From: Octopus vulgaris | Taxonomy: Eukaryota | Reading direction: 5' to 3' | Assembly (NCBI GenBank): GCA_951406725.2 | Contig: OX597815.1 | Span: forward strand, 75,268,001-75,332,000 | Length of the DNA: 64,000 bases | Shown here: positions 39,380-53,369 of the stretch, one piece after another | Layout: every line of letters begins with the position of its first letter | Position numbering within the stretch: position 1 is the first letter of the stretch | Program-made: the position numbers and the translations under genes | The notes under the pieces: generated by a model | Told to the model about the DNA's origin: nothing | The model's input: only the letters and a program-made list of their open reading frames with translations | Database searches by the model: none

Positions 39380-39840
39380 TTGCCTTTCAGTCCTCCAAGG
39401 TCGATAAAATAAAGTATCCGTTAAGTACTGGAATCGGTGGTATCTAGTATTCTAGCCATTCAAAACTGCTGGAATTGTGCCTAAATTACAGGCCATAATT
39501 ATTGTTTAAAAAAAACGCGATTAGCTGGGAGAAGCGTTAGAGCACCGGAAGAAACGTTTTGCTATATTAGTTACTGCTCTTTACATTCCGATTTCAAATC
39601 TTAATGAATTCAACTTTGCCTTTCATTCCTCTGGAGCTGATAAAATAAAGCACAAGTCTAGTCCTGGAGTCTAACACCCTCCTCTGAAAACTGTTAACCT
39701 TGTGCAGAAATTAGAAGCAATTATTATTATGGCTCTTTACGTTCTGAGTTCAAATTCCATGGAGGTCAACTTCTTTCATCGTTCTATGGTCGATAAAATA
39801 AGTAGCTGTCGAGCACCGGGGCCGATGTAATCAACTTCAC
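39380..39840 (+). mobile_element. Cluster of diverged SINE family A fragments
   Basis: Three repeats of TTTGCCTTTCA...GATAAAATAA(A)G. Confidence 0.7.
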
Positions 39841-40185
39841 CTGCAAATAATTTCACTACCTCCATGAAATCGACATTGCTTGTACAAGTGTGTTGAAATG
39901 ATCGCAGAGCAATGTGAAAGGAAGTGTTTTGTTCAAGAACACAACGCATCGTTCGATTCAGGAATCGAAACCATCTTTCGGTCGTGAGTGCGACTCTCTA
40001 ACTACTAGGTCATCCGCCTTCCATTCGTAATATACTACATGGAAACAGAAGCTTGTGTAGACCCACACAAAATGAGGCTTAAATGTTATCTTAACCAATG
40101 TCAGAGTGCAATACACGTGAAGGTCTACGAAACATTGACCATTTAGTCGCCCGTTTCAACTTTTATAGAATGGGAAATTAATGCC

Positions 40186-40374
40186 ATATCTACCTAAATG
40201 TATCAGAGAAGGAAGAAATTTACCAGGAAATTGGAAAGATAGGACAGGGATCTGAAAGAAATAGTTGGACTTGTGGGGAGTAGCAGATGTAGATTTTAAG
40301 AAACTCATCATCCTTCATCATCAACAAGAAAGGTTCATTTATTAAGGTTGGGGTTCATTTATTAAAGTTTGGAA
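40186..40374 (+). repeat. About 185-bp direct repeat, copy 1
   Basis: ATATCTACCTAAATGTATCAGAGAAGG...AAAGTTTGGAA, near-identical to 43052-43230. Confidence 0.9.
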
Positions 40375-41249
40375 CGAAAAGATGTTTGCCTGAGTCAAGA
40401 ATTTTATTCCCAACAAAAGGATCACACATTTATGTTGAATTTCTTTCCAAGATAACAAGCTACTGAAGACAGAAATTGTTGTGAAGCAACACGGATTTTG
40501 AATTATAAATAAAACAGAAAGCAAAAAGAAAGGTCCATTTATCATATGCATCTATTTTTGTTGCAGTAATTTTATCTCCTCCTTGTTAACATTTAGCATT
40601 TGGTTCCAGTATGAAGTGAATATAGTTGGGAGAAATGCATACGTGCCTTCTTACCGATTAAGTTAATTCGGAGGTCACTCTATGTCACAATTGATAAAAT
40701 AGTAATAAGCACGCATTTCAGGGCCGTGCGTGTTACTAACATACACACACATACTATACCATACAAACATACCATACATACATATATGTATGTATGCATA
40801 TGCATATATGTATGTGTGTGTGTTTGCGCGTGTGTGTGTTTGTGTGTGTATGTATTTGTGTGTGTGTGTGTGTTTTGTGTGTGTTTGTGTGTGTATGTGT
40901 GTGTGTGTTTATGTGTATGTATGTCTGTGTCTGTGTGTGGTCGCAGGGACATACGATCCGAAAGATCCTGTCATAGGAAAGTAGTAAACTTCAAGCATGT
41001 AAAGATAGTATATATGATAAAAGATGGACAATATACGATAAAGATAGTTAATTAACCATTGAATGTTTCGTCCCATATTGAAATCAATGGAAATTTTTAC
41101 TCGTCCTCATGCGACGTTGTAAACAACTTGAGGGTGATAAAACCTGAAGATTAGCTAAACGGATTTTGTGAGTGTAACTAGTTATGTAACAAACATTGTT
41201 TAGCTATAAAACATATGTCGTGTTTAATTGTCCTTTCTATCCCTTTGGG

Positions 41250-41301
<52 letters not shown>

Positions 41302-41391
41302 GATGTGTTTGTTTGTATGTATTTGTGTTTTTTCAGTTTCAGCTAATGAGCTGTGGCCATGCTGGGGCACCGCCATTATATATGTGCATAT

Positions 41392-42070
41392 ATGGGTACA
41401 GGACGTCACCAACAGTAAACAACAGGAAACACGAAAACAAATGAGTTCAATACACAAACAACGAGAGAAACAAATGGAAAACAGGACAAGTAATATAAAG
41501 AACGACCCTTCATCAGTTGTCGGCTACCTATCTACTACTCATTTCGAGCATTGAACGACAATATGAGTCTTCGAAGACAGTTGCTCCCCTAAGTACCAAA
41601 ATAAAATTTGGGATTTATGGAGGGTCAAAGTTGGGAACAAAAACAGGACAGTGGAGACAAGAAGGAAACCGAACGAAAACAAACATTGAAGGTCGTAAGA
41701 CCAGAACGAAGGTAAAATAGCGAACGCTGGAGAAATATTTTCTTTGACAAGAAAAAAGATAGAAGAGAGAGAAGGATACGTCCAGTCTCTAGGACGGTAC
41801 TGAAAGACAAGAAAGATGATCACATGAGGAAAAGAAAGATGGACGATGGTCACGTGGGAGCAACGGGAAAGAGTAAAGGAGAAAGATGGAGAAAGAGAGC
41901 GACAGATAGAAAATGGTGAAGGGGAGAAACAAAAAGGAATTAGAGAAAGGATGAGAGTGAAAACGATAGGGGGAGAAAACAGTATAGAGTAGAGTCGCAC
42001 CAAAAATATTAAGATAAACTTACTTGGAAATGGATGCGTGGCGTTCAATCAAATAATAATATAAATAAAA
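41392..42070 (-). mobile_element. Penelope pLTR-like element between TA tracts, carrying a permuted hammerhead
   Basis: Pyrimidine-rich minus strand. The end sequence ATATGGGTACAGGACGTCACCAAC repeats at about 42146. Contains the motif at 41505-41584. Confidence 0.55.
41505..41584 (-). ncRNA. Candidate non-circularly permuted (pseudoknotted) hammerhead ribozyme
   Basis: Minus strand actcA-TA-ttgtcg ttcaat gctc-GAAA-tgagt agtagataggtagc cgacaa-CTGATGA-a-gggt. Stem I 6/6, stem III 5/5, stem II 4 bp with two G-U pairs. Confidence 0.75.
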
Positions 42071-42085
42071 AATATATATATACAC

Positions 42086-42144
<59 letters not shown>

Positions 42145-43051
42145 TATATGGGTACAGGACGTCACCAACTGTAAACACCATGAAATACGCGAGCAACAAG
42201 TGCAGTGCGTCTTTTAGGCCTACAATCACTCTTGTTATCTAACTGAGTGCGCACATTCCAACATGAAAATGTTCAAGTTTCATCTAGATTTTGTAATTAA
42301 AAGTCTCTTTTGGTATTTTGAGCGCAGCGTGGGCATCCGGCAGTCGCACTAAACTGACCAGATACAGAAAGACAGCCAGTTTTTGGTTCACCTTTTCTAG
42401 AACCTCCCCGGCCTCCGGGTGAGCAGTGCCCTCTCCAAAAAGAGCTGCTCAGACGCTCATGCAGCAACTGAATCCTACCGCTGTCTTGGGCGACAAGGAG
42501 ACGACTTTATATTTATCATGGGCCGCCTACGTGCAGGTCGCTGAGTACATGCTTCCAACCCGTCAGGTCAGCATGCTTCATCACCTTCCCATCGCCGCAG
42601 GACACCCGAATAAAAATAAAATAAATATATACTAAAATTAAGTAAATATATAAATATATACTAAAAATAAAGATACAAATATACTGAAAATAAAATAAAC
42701 ATACATAGAGGGAAGCAGCACATATCGAGCAGAAGTCAGCAATGCCTGTGGCGAGCTTTAGATCCAATAAGGCTTGCTCAACACCTCATAGACCCTCTCT
42801 ACTTTATTGACATTATCCAGAGACAAAGAAAGCAAGATGTCTGTTGCCAATATGAGTTGCAGGCTCAGGGATGTGGGAGCACCATGATCTCTAGCACAAA
42901 CCAAAGATTCCCAAAATGTCCAATGCCATTCCCTGCATATCTGTTTTTATATCAAAGAGACCTTCTAGAGACATGCTTCAACAGAAGCTGAGGGGTACCT
43001 CACTCCCAGTGGTCTTTCAGCACGTCGGACACCATCCTGGAATTTTTGCGT

Positions 43052-43230
43052 ATATCTACCTAAATGTATCAGAGAAGGAAGAAATTTACCAGGAAGTTAG
43101 AAAGATAGGACAGGGATCTGAAAGAAATAGTTGAACTTGTGGGGAGTAGCAGATGTAGATTTTAAGAAACCCTTCATCAACAAGAGAGGTTCATTTATTA
43201 AGGTTGGGGTTCATTTATTAAAGTTTGGAA
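43052..43230 (+). repeat. About 180-bp direct repeat, copy 2
   Basis: Matches 40186-40374 with a few substitutions and a short deletion. Confidence 0.9.
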
Positions 43231-43616
43231 TGTATAGTCGGGATAACACGTGTTACGCAGTATATGAGTTGTACAATGTTTTATCGACCTCAGAATTATA
43301 AAAAGCAAAAAAATAACAATACTGGTGTGATTCGAACACGGACTGTAGAAAACAGAGCCTAGATATAGTAACTATTTTACGTTCTACGACAATCACTGCG
43401 AAAGAAGAGCTAATTAATTCATTTTTGTTACATGTGAAAGTAGATCAGCAAATTGTCTTAAAATTTCCAGTCTAATTTTACTGACGATTACCTCAACAAA
43501 CACATAGCAGTTTGTTCCGAATTCTGCTGCGTGTGACTATGAATTTATGTATATATTAAAATTTATTATTTTTGTTTTCGTGCCATTAGTAATGAACTTT
43601 CACCAATTTATAGAGA

Positions 43617-43670
<54 letters not shown>

Positions 43671-44389
43671 CATAACAACAACAACAACAACAACAACAGT
43701 TGTACTAATAATAAAATCACGTGGTGGTAAAGTTAACTTGTTACCACTAAATATTCGTCCTCAGCGACAGGCCGGTCACAACAGACCAGATGTTGTGATG
43801 TTGCGATGATGCTGTGTGTGCGTGTATGTGGTAAGATGGTGATGGAAGACACCGGTTGGGTTGGGTGCTCTGGTCGAATAAAGTGTCGGACAAGAGAGAG
43901 GATCATAAATGGCAGAAGTCTTAAACATTAAGATTTGGTTGGCGCCGTCTGTTGGTGAATCAATATAATCCTCCAAATCCCACTTGACATCTCTCTATCA
44001 TATTTCACCCAATGAGGCGGACATAACTCTAACCACTAATCTGCTGGCTACTAAACGTCACGACTGTATTCAACGTTAGCAGACGACTACTTGCACTATT
44101 TTACTAATCCGCCGCCTACTAACCTCACACATGCAACCATTCAAATTTTCAACTCAAAAGCAACAAAAGGAAAAACAAACAAACAAACAAGCAAGATGTC
44201 CACTTACTTTTTGGTCATCTTCAGATATAGCAAAAAATTAATAATTTACTTTTACTGAATACAACAGGACTTCTTTATTTAGAGGGAAGGGGCATAGTTG
44301 TTTGAAGCGATCTGGTTAGGATATATTGATACTTATTTCAACGATGCCAGAAGAATGAGATGTTTTTATTGTTTTATTTACGTTTTCTT

Positions 44390-44910
44390 TTATTCTTTGA
44401 TTTGTTTCAGTCATTCCACAGTGGCCATGCTGGGGCACCGCCTTGATGGTTTTAGCCAAGCAAATTGACTCCAGAACTTCTCTTTAAAGTCAAGTACTTA
44501 TTCTGTCGGCCTCTAAGGCACAGTGGCTAAGTTACGAGGACGTAAACAAACCAGCCTCGGTTGTCGAGCGGTGAAGCGGGGAGACAATCATAGACACAAA
44601 GACACACACACACATTTATAAATATATATTGGAGCATGTATGACTATGTGGTTGAGAAGTTCACTTGAAAATACGTGGTTTCGGGTTCAGTCTCACTGCA
44701 CGGCACCTTGGGAAAATGTCTTCTACTATATCTCGGGCCGGCCAATTACTTGTCGGTGAAATTGGCAAGACGGATACTGTGAAAGCCCGTCGTATATACG
44801 TGTGTGTGCGCGCGCGCGCGTTTATTTGTCTCTCCGCATCACAACAACCGGTATAGGTTTGTTTACGTCTCCATAATGGAGCAGTTTGGCGAAAGAAAAT
44901 AATCATCGCT
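44390..44910. mobile_element. Two SINE family B fragments in opposite orientation
   Basis: 3' half on the minus strand (44390-44610) and head plus body on the plus strand (44630-44910). Confidence 0.75.
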
Positions 44911-44942
44911 TCGAAGCCGACATGCGCACACACACACACACA

Positions 44943-45076
<134 letters not shown>

Positions 45077-46210
45077 CATATATCAAGGAATCTCTCGTCG
45101 AAGTCGACGTATATGTGTTCAGGTCTTGCTGAACAACCTGCATAAATGATTTGTTTATAGAGGTCAAATGTATGTGCTCACTCGCTCCATAAAATCCACA
45201 TGGCCCGTACAGGTTGCACAAGTGTGTCATATGCCAGATGTCGAAATGATCGCAGAGCAACGTTAAATGAAGTGTTTCTGCTCAAGAACACAACGCACAG
45301 TCCCATCTAGGAATCGAAACAATGATATAGCGATCGTAAGTGCAACCTCCACCCAACCACTAGGCCATACGCATTCATGAATATAAATATATGTATGTAT
45401 GTATGTATATGAATGTATATGTATGTAATATATATACATATCTACGCGCGCGCGTGCGCCCACACACACATAGGCAGACACACACACACATTAGTTCAGT
45501 GCAACTTAGTGCAATAAATTGTTCCCTGATGACCATCTGGTTAAGCACTTTGAATATCCAAATGCTGGTGAAACGTACGTAGGGACTAATTCATAAACCC
45601 ATGTTTGTCTAAATTTCTGCTATATACATTTGTAGACATGAAAATGGATATATTATTGGTATTTCCTATGAATTTAATCAACAATGTGCAAGAAAAAAGG
45701 CATAAACATTGCATTTAATTTATCTCTTTTAAAGATCAAGAAGCGTCGCATTAGAAAAGCTTTGGTATGCTTTCTTCATAAACAACTAGAAGCGACTGCC
45801 AATCACTAGATCTGAACGCGTGGCACTTCAGCAGACCATCTGCTATTTTACTTGGTCACTCAGCAACAGTACCATACGAAGCTTTTTTCCACAGCAATTT
45901 AAACTGAAAAGTAAAGAAATAAGCAAGTCTTTTATGTTTACTTGTTTCAGACATTGGACTGCGATTATGCTGGGGCACTACCTTTTAATGTTTAGTCGAA
46001 CACATCGATCCCAGTACTTATTTCCAAGTTTAATACTTATTCTATCGGTGTCTTTTGATGGGACGTAAACAAATATCGATGTCTTTTGTCGAACCGCTAA
46101 TATACAGGGATCTTAGACAGCCAGAACCGGTTGTCAAGCGGTAGTGGGGCTAGAGGAACAAACACTAACACACACATCTCTCTCTCTCTCTTTCCTCATA
46201 TATATATATA

Positions 46211-46420
46211 AATGTAACCACATGTGAATCGTTGGCGACTATTTCCTCGTTTTCCTTTTCTATTGGACTTTCCTCTGTTTGTGAAGAAGAGCTTTGCTCG
46301 AAACGTTAAATCATCTTTCTTTCCTTCCCTGAGCTTCTGTTAATACTTTACATGCACCACGTCCTCGCGTTGTTGTATTTTTGTGTTTGTTCTTGTTTTT
46401 TTTGGGGGCGGGGATTTACT
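46211..46420 (+). mobile_element. Short (TA)n-embedded element with degenerate minimal hammerhead
   Basis: tgttt-GTGAAGA-a-gagc-ttt-gctc-GAAA-cg-TT-aaatca (46276-46313). TA tracts on both sides. Confidence 0.6.
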
Positions 46421-46519
46421 ATATATATATATATACACATATATATATATGCATAAATATATATATATATACATATATATATATGCATAAAAAAAATATA
46501 TATATACATATATATATGC

Positions 46520-47165
<646 letters not shown>

Positions 47166-47779
47166 GACGGGCTTCCGCAGTGTTTCTGCCTATTAAATTC
47201 ACTCACAAGGCATTAGTCGGCCCAGAGCTAGAGTAGAAGACACTTTCTCAAGATACTGCGCAGTGGGACTGAACCCGAAACCACGTAATACCAAAGTGAG
47301 CTTCTTAATCATATTGTTATGCTTACGCTTAAATGAAATAAAAACAACAACTTAGATAAATTAATAAGTAAAAATAAAAGCTGTTTTATGAAAGAAAAAT
47401 CATTTTACATCTTTAAATGGCTGTCATTGTGAAAAACAGCACGCGCGTGTGTGTATGTGAAAATGCACGTGTGTATATATACATATATATATGAGCATGT
47501 TGTGGCATAACTGCAGTTTTTCATTTAGAAATGAATCACTAGAATACTTAAAATGTATCGAGTAAAAAATATAAAATAACACCCCACCAAAAAAGCAAAG
47601 AAACAAAGAAAGAAAGAAAGGAAGAAAGAGAAAGAGAAAGAAGAAAGTAAGAAACAAACGAAGCTCGACGCTGTCTTTAAATGTGATAAGTGTATTATCG
47701 ATTATCATTGCACCCCAAGAGAAAAACATGTATTTTTGAGTGTTTGTAATTTTTTTTCCTTGTGGAAATAAGAGAGAGC

Positions 47780-47876
<97 letters not shown>

Positions 47877-48189
47877 ATGTATGTAAAATTACATGTACGT
47901 ACGTATAGGCGTATATAAGGTTGTTTAAGTTTGTTTTTCTCCTTTTATTGCAAAAGGCATTTAATCTATCGACAACTAAAATGAATTAGTATGCAAAAAC
48001 ATGCCAAACTTTTAGAAAAGTTTTGAACAGTTTTGGATTTGGATCATATATTTTCTCAGGTTGAGAAAGTATATATGTATATGTTATATTTATATGTATG
48101 CATGCATGTACGTACGTATGTATGTACACATATATACAACACATATATATGTATACACACATGTGTATATAAATGCATACAAGTATATA

Positions 48190-48273
<84 letters not shown>

Positions 48274-48299
48274 CACGCATGCATACATTCATACATGTA

Positions 48300-48367
<68 letters not shown>

Positions 48368-48428
48368 TTAACAATAATATTAAAACAGCTGCATAAAACT
48401 TAAAATAACAGCAACAACCACAACAACA

Positions 48429-48475
<47 letters not shown>

Positions 48476-49993
48476 GACTCTCATAGAAATGTTTATGTGT
48501 CTGTTTGGAGGTGGAGTGAGGGTTGTGGTTTTGAAATTAAAAAATTTTTCTGAACAAAACTTTTTCTCGGATTTTTTTTGTTACCACCACTTTCTAGTTT
48601 CCTCTCCTCCTCTCTCTCTTGTTTTATGTTTTTCATTCATCTCAGTAGTAGTAGTGGTAGTAGTAGTAGTAGTAGTAGTAGTAGCGGTGGTGGTGGTGGT
48701 GGTGGTGGTAGTGATGGTTGTAGCAGTTGTGTTACTTGTAGTAGTAGTTGTAGTAGCAGCAATAATACTATCAGTGATGGTAGTAGTGGTAGTGGTAGAA
48801 GTAGCGGTGGTGGTGGTAGTAGTGGTTGTGGTGGTACTAGTGATGATAGTAGCTTCGAAGTTTCGTTCGGCTGATTTCTGATTGGCAAAAAAAAAAGAAA
48901 AAAAGAAAAAGAAAAAGGAAAAAATATTGTGACATGTTTCAACGATGGCGGGGTGTTGTGCACAATTTTGATTTTAGTTGGTGATGAATAAAGTTTGAAA
49001 CATTTCTCTCTTTTTTGTTTTGTTTTGTTATCTAAATATGTGTATAGATGTCTCTATGTACGAACGAATGTATACATGTCTGTATATATCTCTGCCGTAT
49101 GTGTCTGTATGTGTCTGCTTGTGTATTTGTGTGTACCCTGCTTAAACTTTTGTTCTCTAATTGCTTTTGACATGATGTTAAACCAACTCACTCAATATGC
49201 AGCATATACCTATTTTGCATTCAATTTTGATTTAAGATTTTTCAAATCATGAAATACTCATTCAATACTGACTCCCCACCCCATTACTATCCTTTCTATA
49301 CCATTTATTCACATTCGCTTCCTCTCACTCTTTCTCTCGTCCTCCCTCCATCTCTCTTTAGCTCTTCTTGGCTGAGAGCAAAACCCCTTCATTTCCCATG
49401 GACACCCACTCTTCCACTTCCCCTCTAACAAATTTTGACAACCTCCAAGTTGTATACAACTTACATACAAAATATCAGTGGCCCTCTGTTCCATTTAAAT
49501 TACTCTCTTTGCATACGATATCGTTCGTCGTCGTCATTGTCGACGACATCATCATCATCATCATCATCATCATCAACAACAACAACAACAACAACAACAT
49601 GGTCACCTTAATCATTGTCAACAACAAGATCACCATTACCGTCATTATTGTATAACAAGAACAACAACAACAACAGCAACAACAAAATAAACAAAAATAG
49701 TTTCAAATTTATGCACAAGGCTAACAATTTCGGGGAAGGGGTTAAGTCGATTACATCAGTTGAGCGCTACTGCTCAACTGATACTCATTTCATCGACCCC
49801 AAAGGGATGAAAGGCAAAGTCGATCTCGGCGGAATTTGATCTCCGAACGTAAAGATGTACGAAATGCCACTAAGCATTCTGAAATGATATAATAATAAAA
49901 GAAGCGTTGAAAGTGTAAACGTATAACAATGTAAAAAAAAGAAAAGAAGTATACATAGTATTCTTTTACTTATATAATATATATATGTATATG

Positions 49994-50062
<69 letters not shown>

Positions 50063-50064
<2 letters not shown>

Positions 50065-50185
50065 TTTGTTAAAAAGCAGCAAGAATATCTCAAAAACTAT
50101 TACTCAGAGTTTCACGTTCCCGTTCATCGGTCAGTTTTGTTTCTAAATAAAGCATATTACTCTACATCTGCTATTATTAGTCTGG
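50063..50185 (-). mobile_element. About 120-bp element in (TA)n containing a type I hammerhead motif
   Basis: Non-repetitive island between TA tracts. Contains the motif at 50093-50138. Confidence 0.6.
50093..50138 (-). ncRNA. Type I hammerhead ribozyme motif (CCGAUGA core variant)
   Basis: aaaactga-CCGATGA-acg-ggaa-cgt-GAAA-ctc-t-gag-TA-atagtttt. All three stems can form. Confidence 0.65.
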
Positions 50186-50206
50186 TATATATATATATAC
50201 ATGTGT

Positions 50207-50239
<33 letters not shown>

Positions 50240-50286
50240 GTGTGTGTGTGCGTGTGTGTGTGTGTGCGTGCGTGTGTGTGTGTAAC

Positions 50287-50666
50287 GTGGTACTCCGTCG
50301 GTTACATCGACGAGGGTTCCAGTTGGTCCGATCAACGGAACGGTCTGCTCGTGAAATTGACGAGCAAATGGCTGAGCACTCCACACACACGTTTACCATT
50401 AACGTAGTTCTCAGGGAGGTTCAGCATGACACAGAATGTGACAAGGCTGGCCCTTTGAAATACAGGTACAACAGAAACTGGAGTGAGAGAAAGTTGTGGT
50501 GAAAGAGTACAGCAAGGTTCGGCCCTCCACTGCCCGCCCGCCGGGGGCACGTGAGCTTTAGATGTCTTTGCTCAATAAACACTCACAACGCTCGGTCTGG
50601 GAATCGAAACCGCGATCCTACGACTGCGAGTCCGCTGCCCTAACCACTGGGCCATTGCGCCTCCAC
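50287..50666 (-). mobile_element. SINE family C, full length
   Basis: Minus strand TGGAGGCGCAATGGCCCAGTGGTTAGGGCAGCGGACTCGC...TTCGATTCCC head. Body shared with 24805-25185. Confidence 0.88.
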
Positions 50667-50787
50667 ACACACACACATACATACACACACACGCGCACAC
50701 ATATATAAGGATATTACTGTTTACAATAATATCAGTGGCTTAGCATGCGTAAAAATGCCATAAAGGTTAAAATTATTAAATAATATT

Positions 50788-50992
50788 GAAGGGTACTACA
50801 GGTAGTAACAACATGCTAAAAGAGCAGTCAAAAGGACTCAAAACCACAAGTTTTCACTTTTACATTGACTTAATTTAACTTTTTTTCGTCATTGGTACGA
50901 GGTCTTAGTGATTTTACCCGTTCCTCCGACTTGTGGTTCTGAGTCGTTTTGACTGCTATTTTAGCATGCTGATACTACCTGTAGTACCCTTC
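50788..50992. repeat. Imperfect inverted repeat with 64-bp arms (MITE or foldback-like)
   Basis: 50788-50851 vs 50929-50992, about five mismatches, 77-nt spacer. Confidence 0.85.
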
Positions 50993-51000
50993 CCTATTAA

Positions 51001-51042
<42 letters not shown>

Positions 51043-51642
51043 CATACATACATACATACATACATACATACATACATACATACGGCGGGCTTCTTTCAGT
51101 TTCCGTCTACTAAATCCACTCACAAAGGTTTGGTCGGCCCGAGGCTATAGCAGAAAACGCTTGCCCAAGGTGCCAGACAGTGAGACTGAACCTGAAATCA
51201 TGTGGTTGGGAAGCAAGCTTCTTACCACACGGTCACGCCTGCACCTATGCGTCAGTAAATAAAAAAAAAAACAAACAAAAAAACGTGATAGTAGTGTGAC
51301 TGTTCTCATAACGGAGGACCTCTTGGGACAATCAAGGAACCCCACGTTCCAAGATCTGAACAAGAGCAAGTGCCCTTCGACGCTACTACTACTGTTGCTG
51401 CTGGTGGTGATACTGCTGCTGCTGCCACTAGTGGTATTAATTTAGCAACATTAGTAACACCAACTAAGAATATAATTATGGATACTATTACAGTCACTGA
51501 TACCACCACCACCACTACCACCACTACAATAGCAATAATAAGAACACTATAGTAGTACAAAATAATCAACTGGAAGTCCTGATGGATGTTTAATTCCTGG
51601 TATTTACTCTTTGACATCAGCAGCCAGCCAGGAGGAAGTAAC

Positions 51643-51800
<158 letters not shown>

Positions 51801-51832
51801 TATGTATGTATATATATATATATATATATATA

Positions 51833-51907
<75 letters not shown>

Positions 51908-51930
51908 TATAATATATTATAATTATGGTA

Positions 51931-51984
<54 letters not shown>

Positions 51985-52849
51985 GGTATGTATGTAAATA
52001 TATATATACATACACATAAAGACCGGCAGTGATCGTTCAATGTCGCTACCCTCATTTATGTAAATTAAGATAGTGGGAATAAGGGCAAGTATGCAAGGGT
52101 GATGGGGTTCCTTGAAATCTTATACGCTCCAGGAAGAGGAGAAGTTATCACAACACCGGATGGAGAGACTGGACAAAAGTGGAGCATAAGACCAAGAGGT
52201 AAGGGCAGCGGACGATGTCAACTGAAGAAGATGGATTTGTCGAGAAAGCAAATAGCGGCAGAGGCAGGTGGCGAGGGTGGGCGATGAAGAAAGAAGATCT
52301 CAACTTCTCGTCGTTTAAGATATCCTCCACCTTCGCATCATCTTTATCACCATTATTGTAGTTGTCAACATCATCATCATTGTCGTCGTCGTCGTCTTCA
52401 TCGTCGCCATCGTCATTGTCATCATCCAGATTAACATCATCGTCATAATTATCGTCGTCGTCATCATCATCATCATTAGCAGCAGCAGTGTCACGATTTT
52501 GAACACCAGAACTACCGCCAACAACAACAGCATCATTCATTGCCGAAGCCTTTCCGAGGTCGATAAAATAAAGCACCAGTCACGGACAGGGGTTGATGGT
52601 ATCGACTGACCCTTTCCCCCAAACTTTCAGGCCTTGTACCTATATTAGAAGCAATTATTATTATTATGGAAATTTTTCCTTGATATCTGCTGTACTTACA
52701 CATTATCCACTGGGCACTACCTTGATGTTTGAGGTAAATAACCTATATGATGCTTTTCATATATTACATGATTTAATGTTGTCAAGAAGCGATTGGACTG
52801 GACACATTTAAAAAATGAAGCACGCGTACATATGAGTGCTCAATAACAA

Positions 52850-53040
52850 TTCTATGAGACTATGAAATTTAAGATGACAGGCCTCTTCGTAAAAGGTGCG
52901 CAGCACCATTTGGGTTATTTTCTGTATTTCTTTTAAGCGTGGCTTTCCTTGTATTTGTCTATGGATTTTTATGTTGCATTTTTTATTACCCCGAGTACCC
53001 CGATGGTAGCAGGTATCGTAGCGGTATTCATCTTCTACAT
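52850..53040 (-). pseudogene. R4/Dong-like endonuclease C-terminal fragment
   Basis: Minus strand TIPATIGVLGVIK...LKEIQKI...AHLLRRGLS across frameshifts. Confidence 0.55.
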
Positions 53041-53062
53041 TGTTATTATTGTTATTTATTCT

Positions 53063-53358
53063 TGGCTCAGTGAGTTCGATTCTCGGCCTGGCCTGTGTGT
53101 TGTGTTCTTGAGCAAGACACTTTATTTCACATTGCTCCAGTTCACTCAGCTGTGCTGTAGAAATGAGTTGCGCCGTCACTGGTGCTAAGCTGTATCGGCA
53201 TTTGCCTTTCCCTTGGATAACATCGGAGGCGTGGAGAGGGGAGATTGATATACATGGGCGACTGCTGGTCATCTATAGACAACCTTGCCCAGACTTGTGC
53301 TTCTGGGGTTAACTTTCTAGGTGCAATCCCATGGTCATTCATGACCGAATGGAGTCTT
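53063..53358 (+). mobile_element. SINE family D (CORE-like) with an internally deleted head
   Basis: Matches 60450-60781 from TGTGTTGTGTTCTTGAGCAAGACAC to ATGACCGAA. Confidence 0.85.
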
Positions 53359-53369
53359 TATCTATTCGT

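Noticed and set aside
41055-41112. Hammerhead-like ATGAGGA...GAAA-cattcaatg on the minus strand
   Set aside because: Core is mutated, there is no NUH in register and no stem I.
42240-43050. Possible L1/Tx1 3' end and RT relic
   Set aside because: An AATAAA-rich tail is suggestive, but I could not read diagnostic protein motifs.
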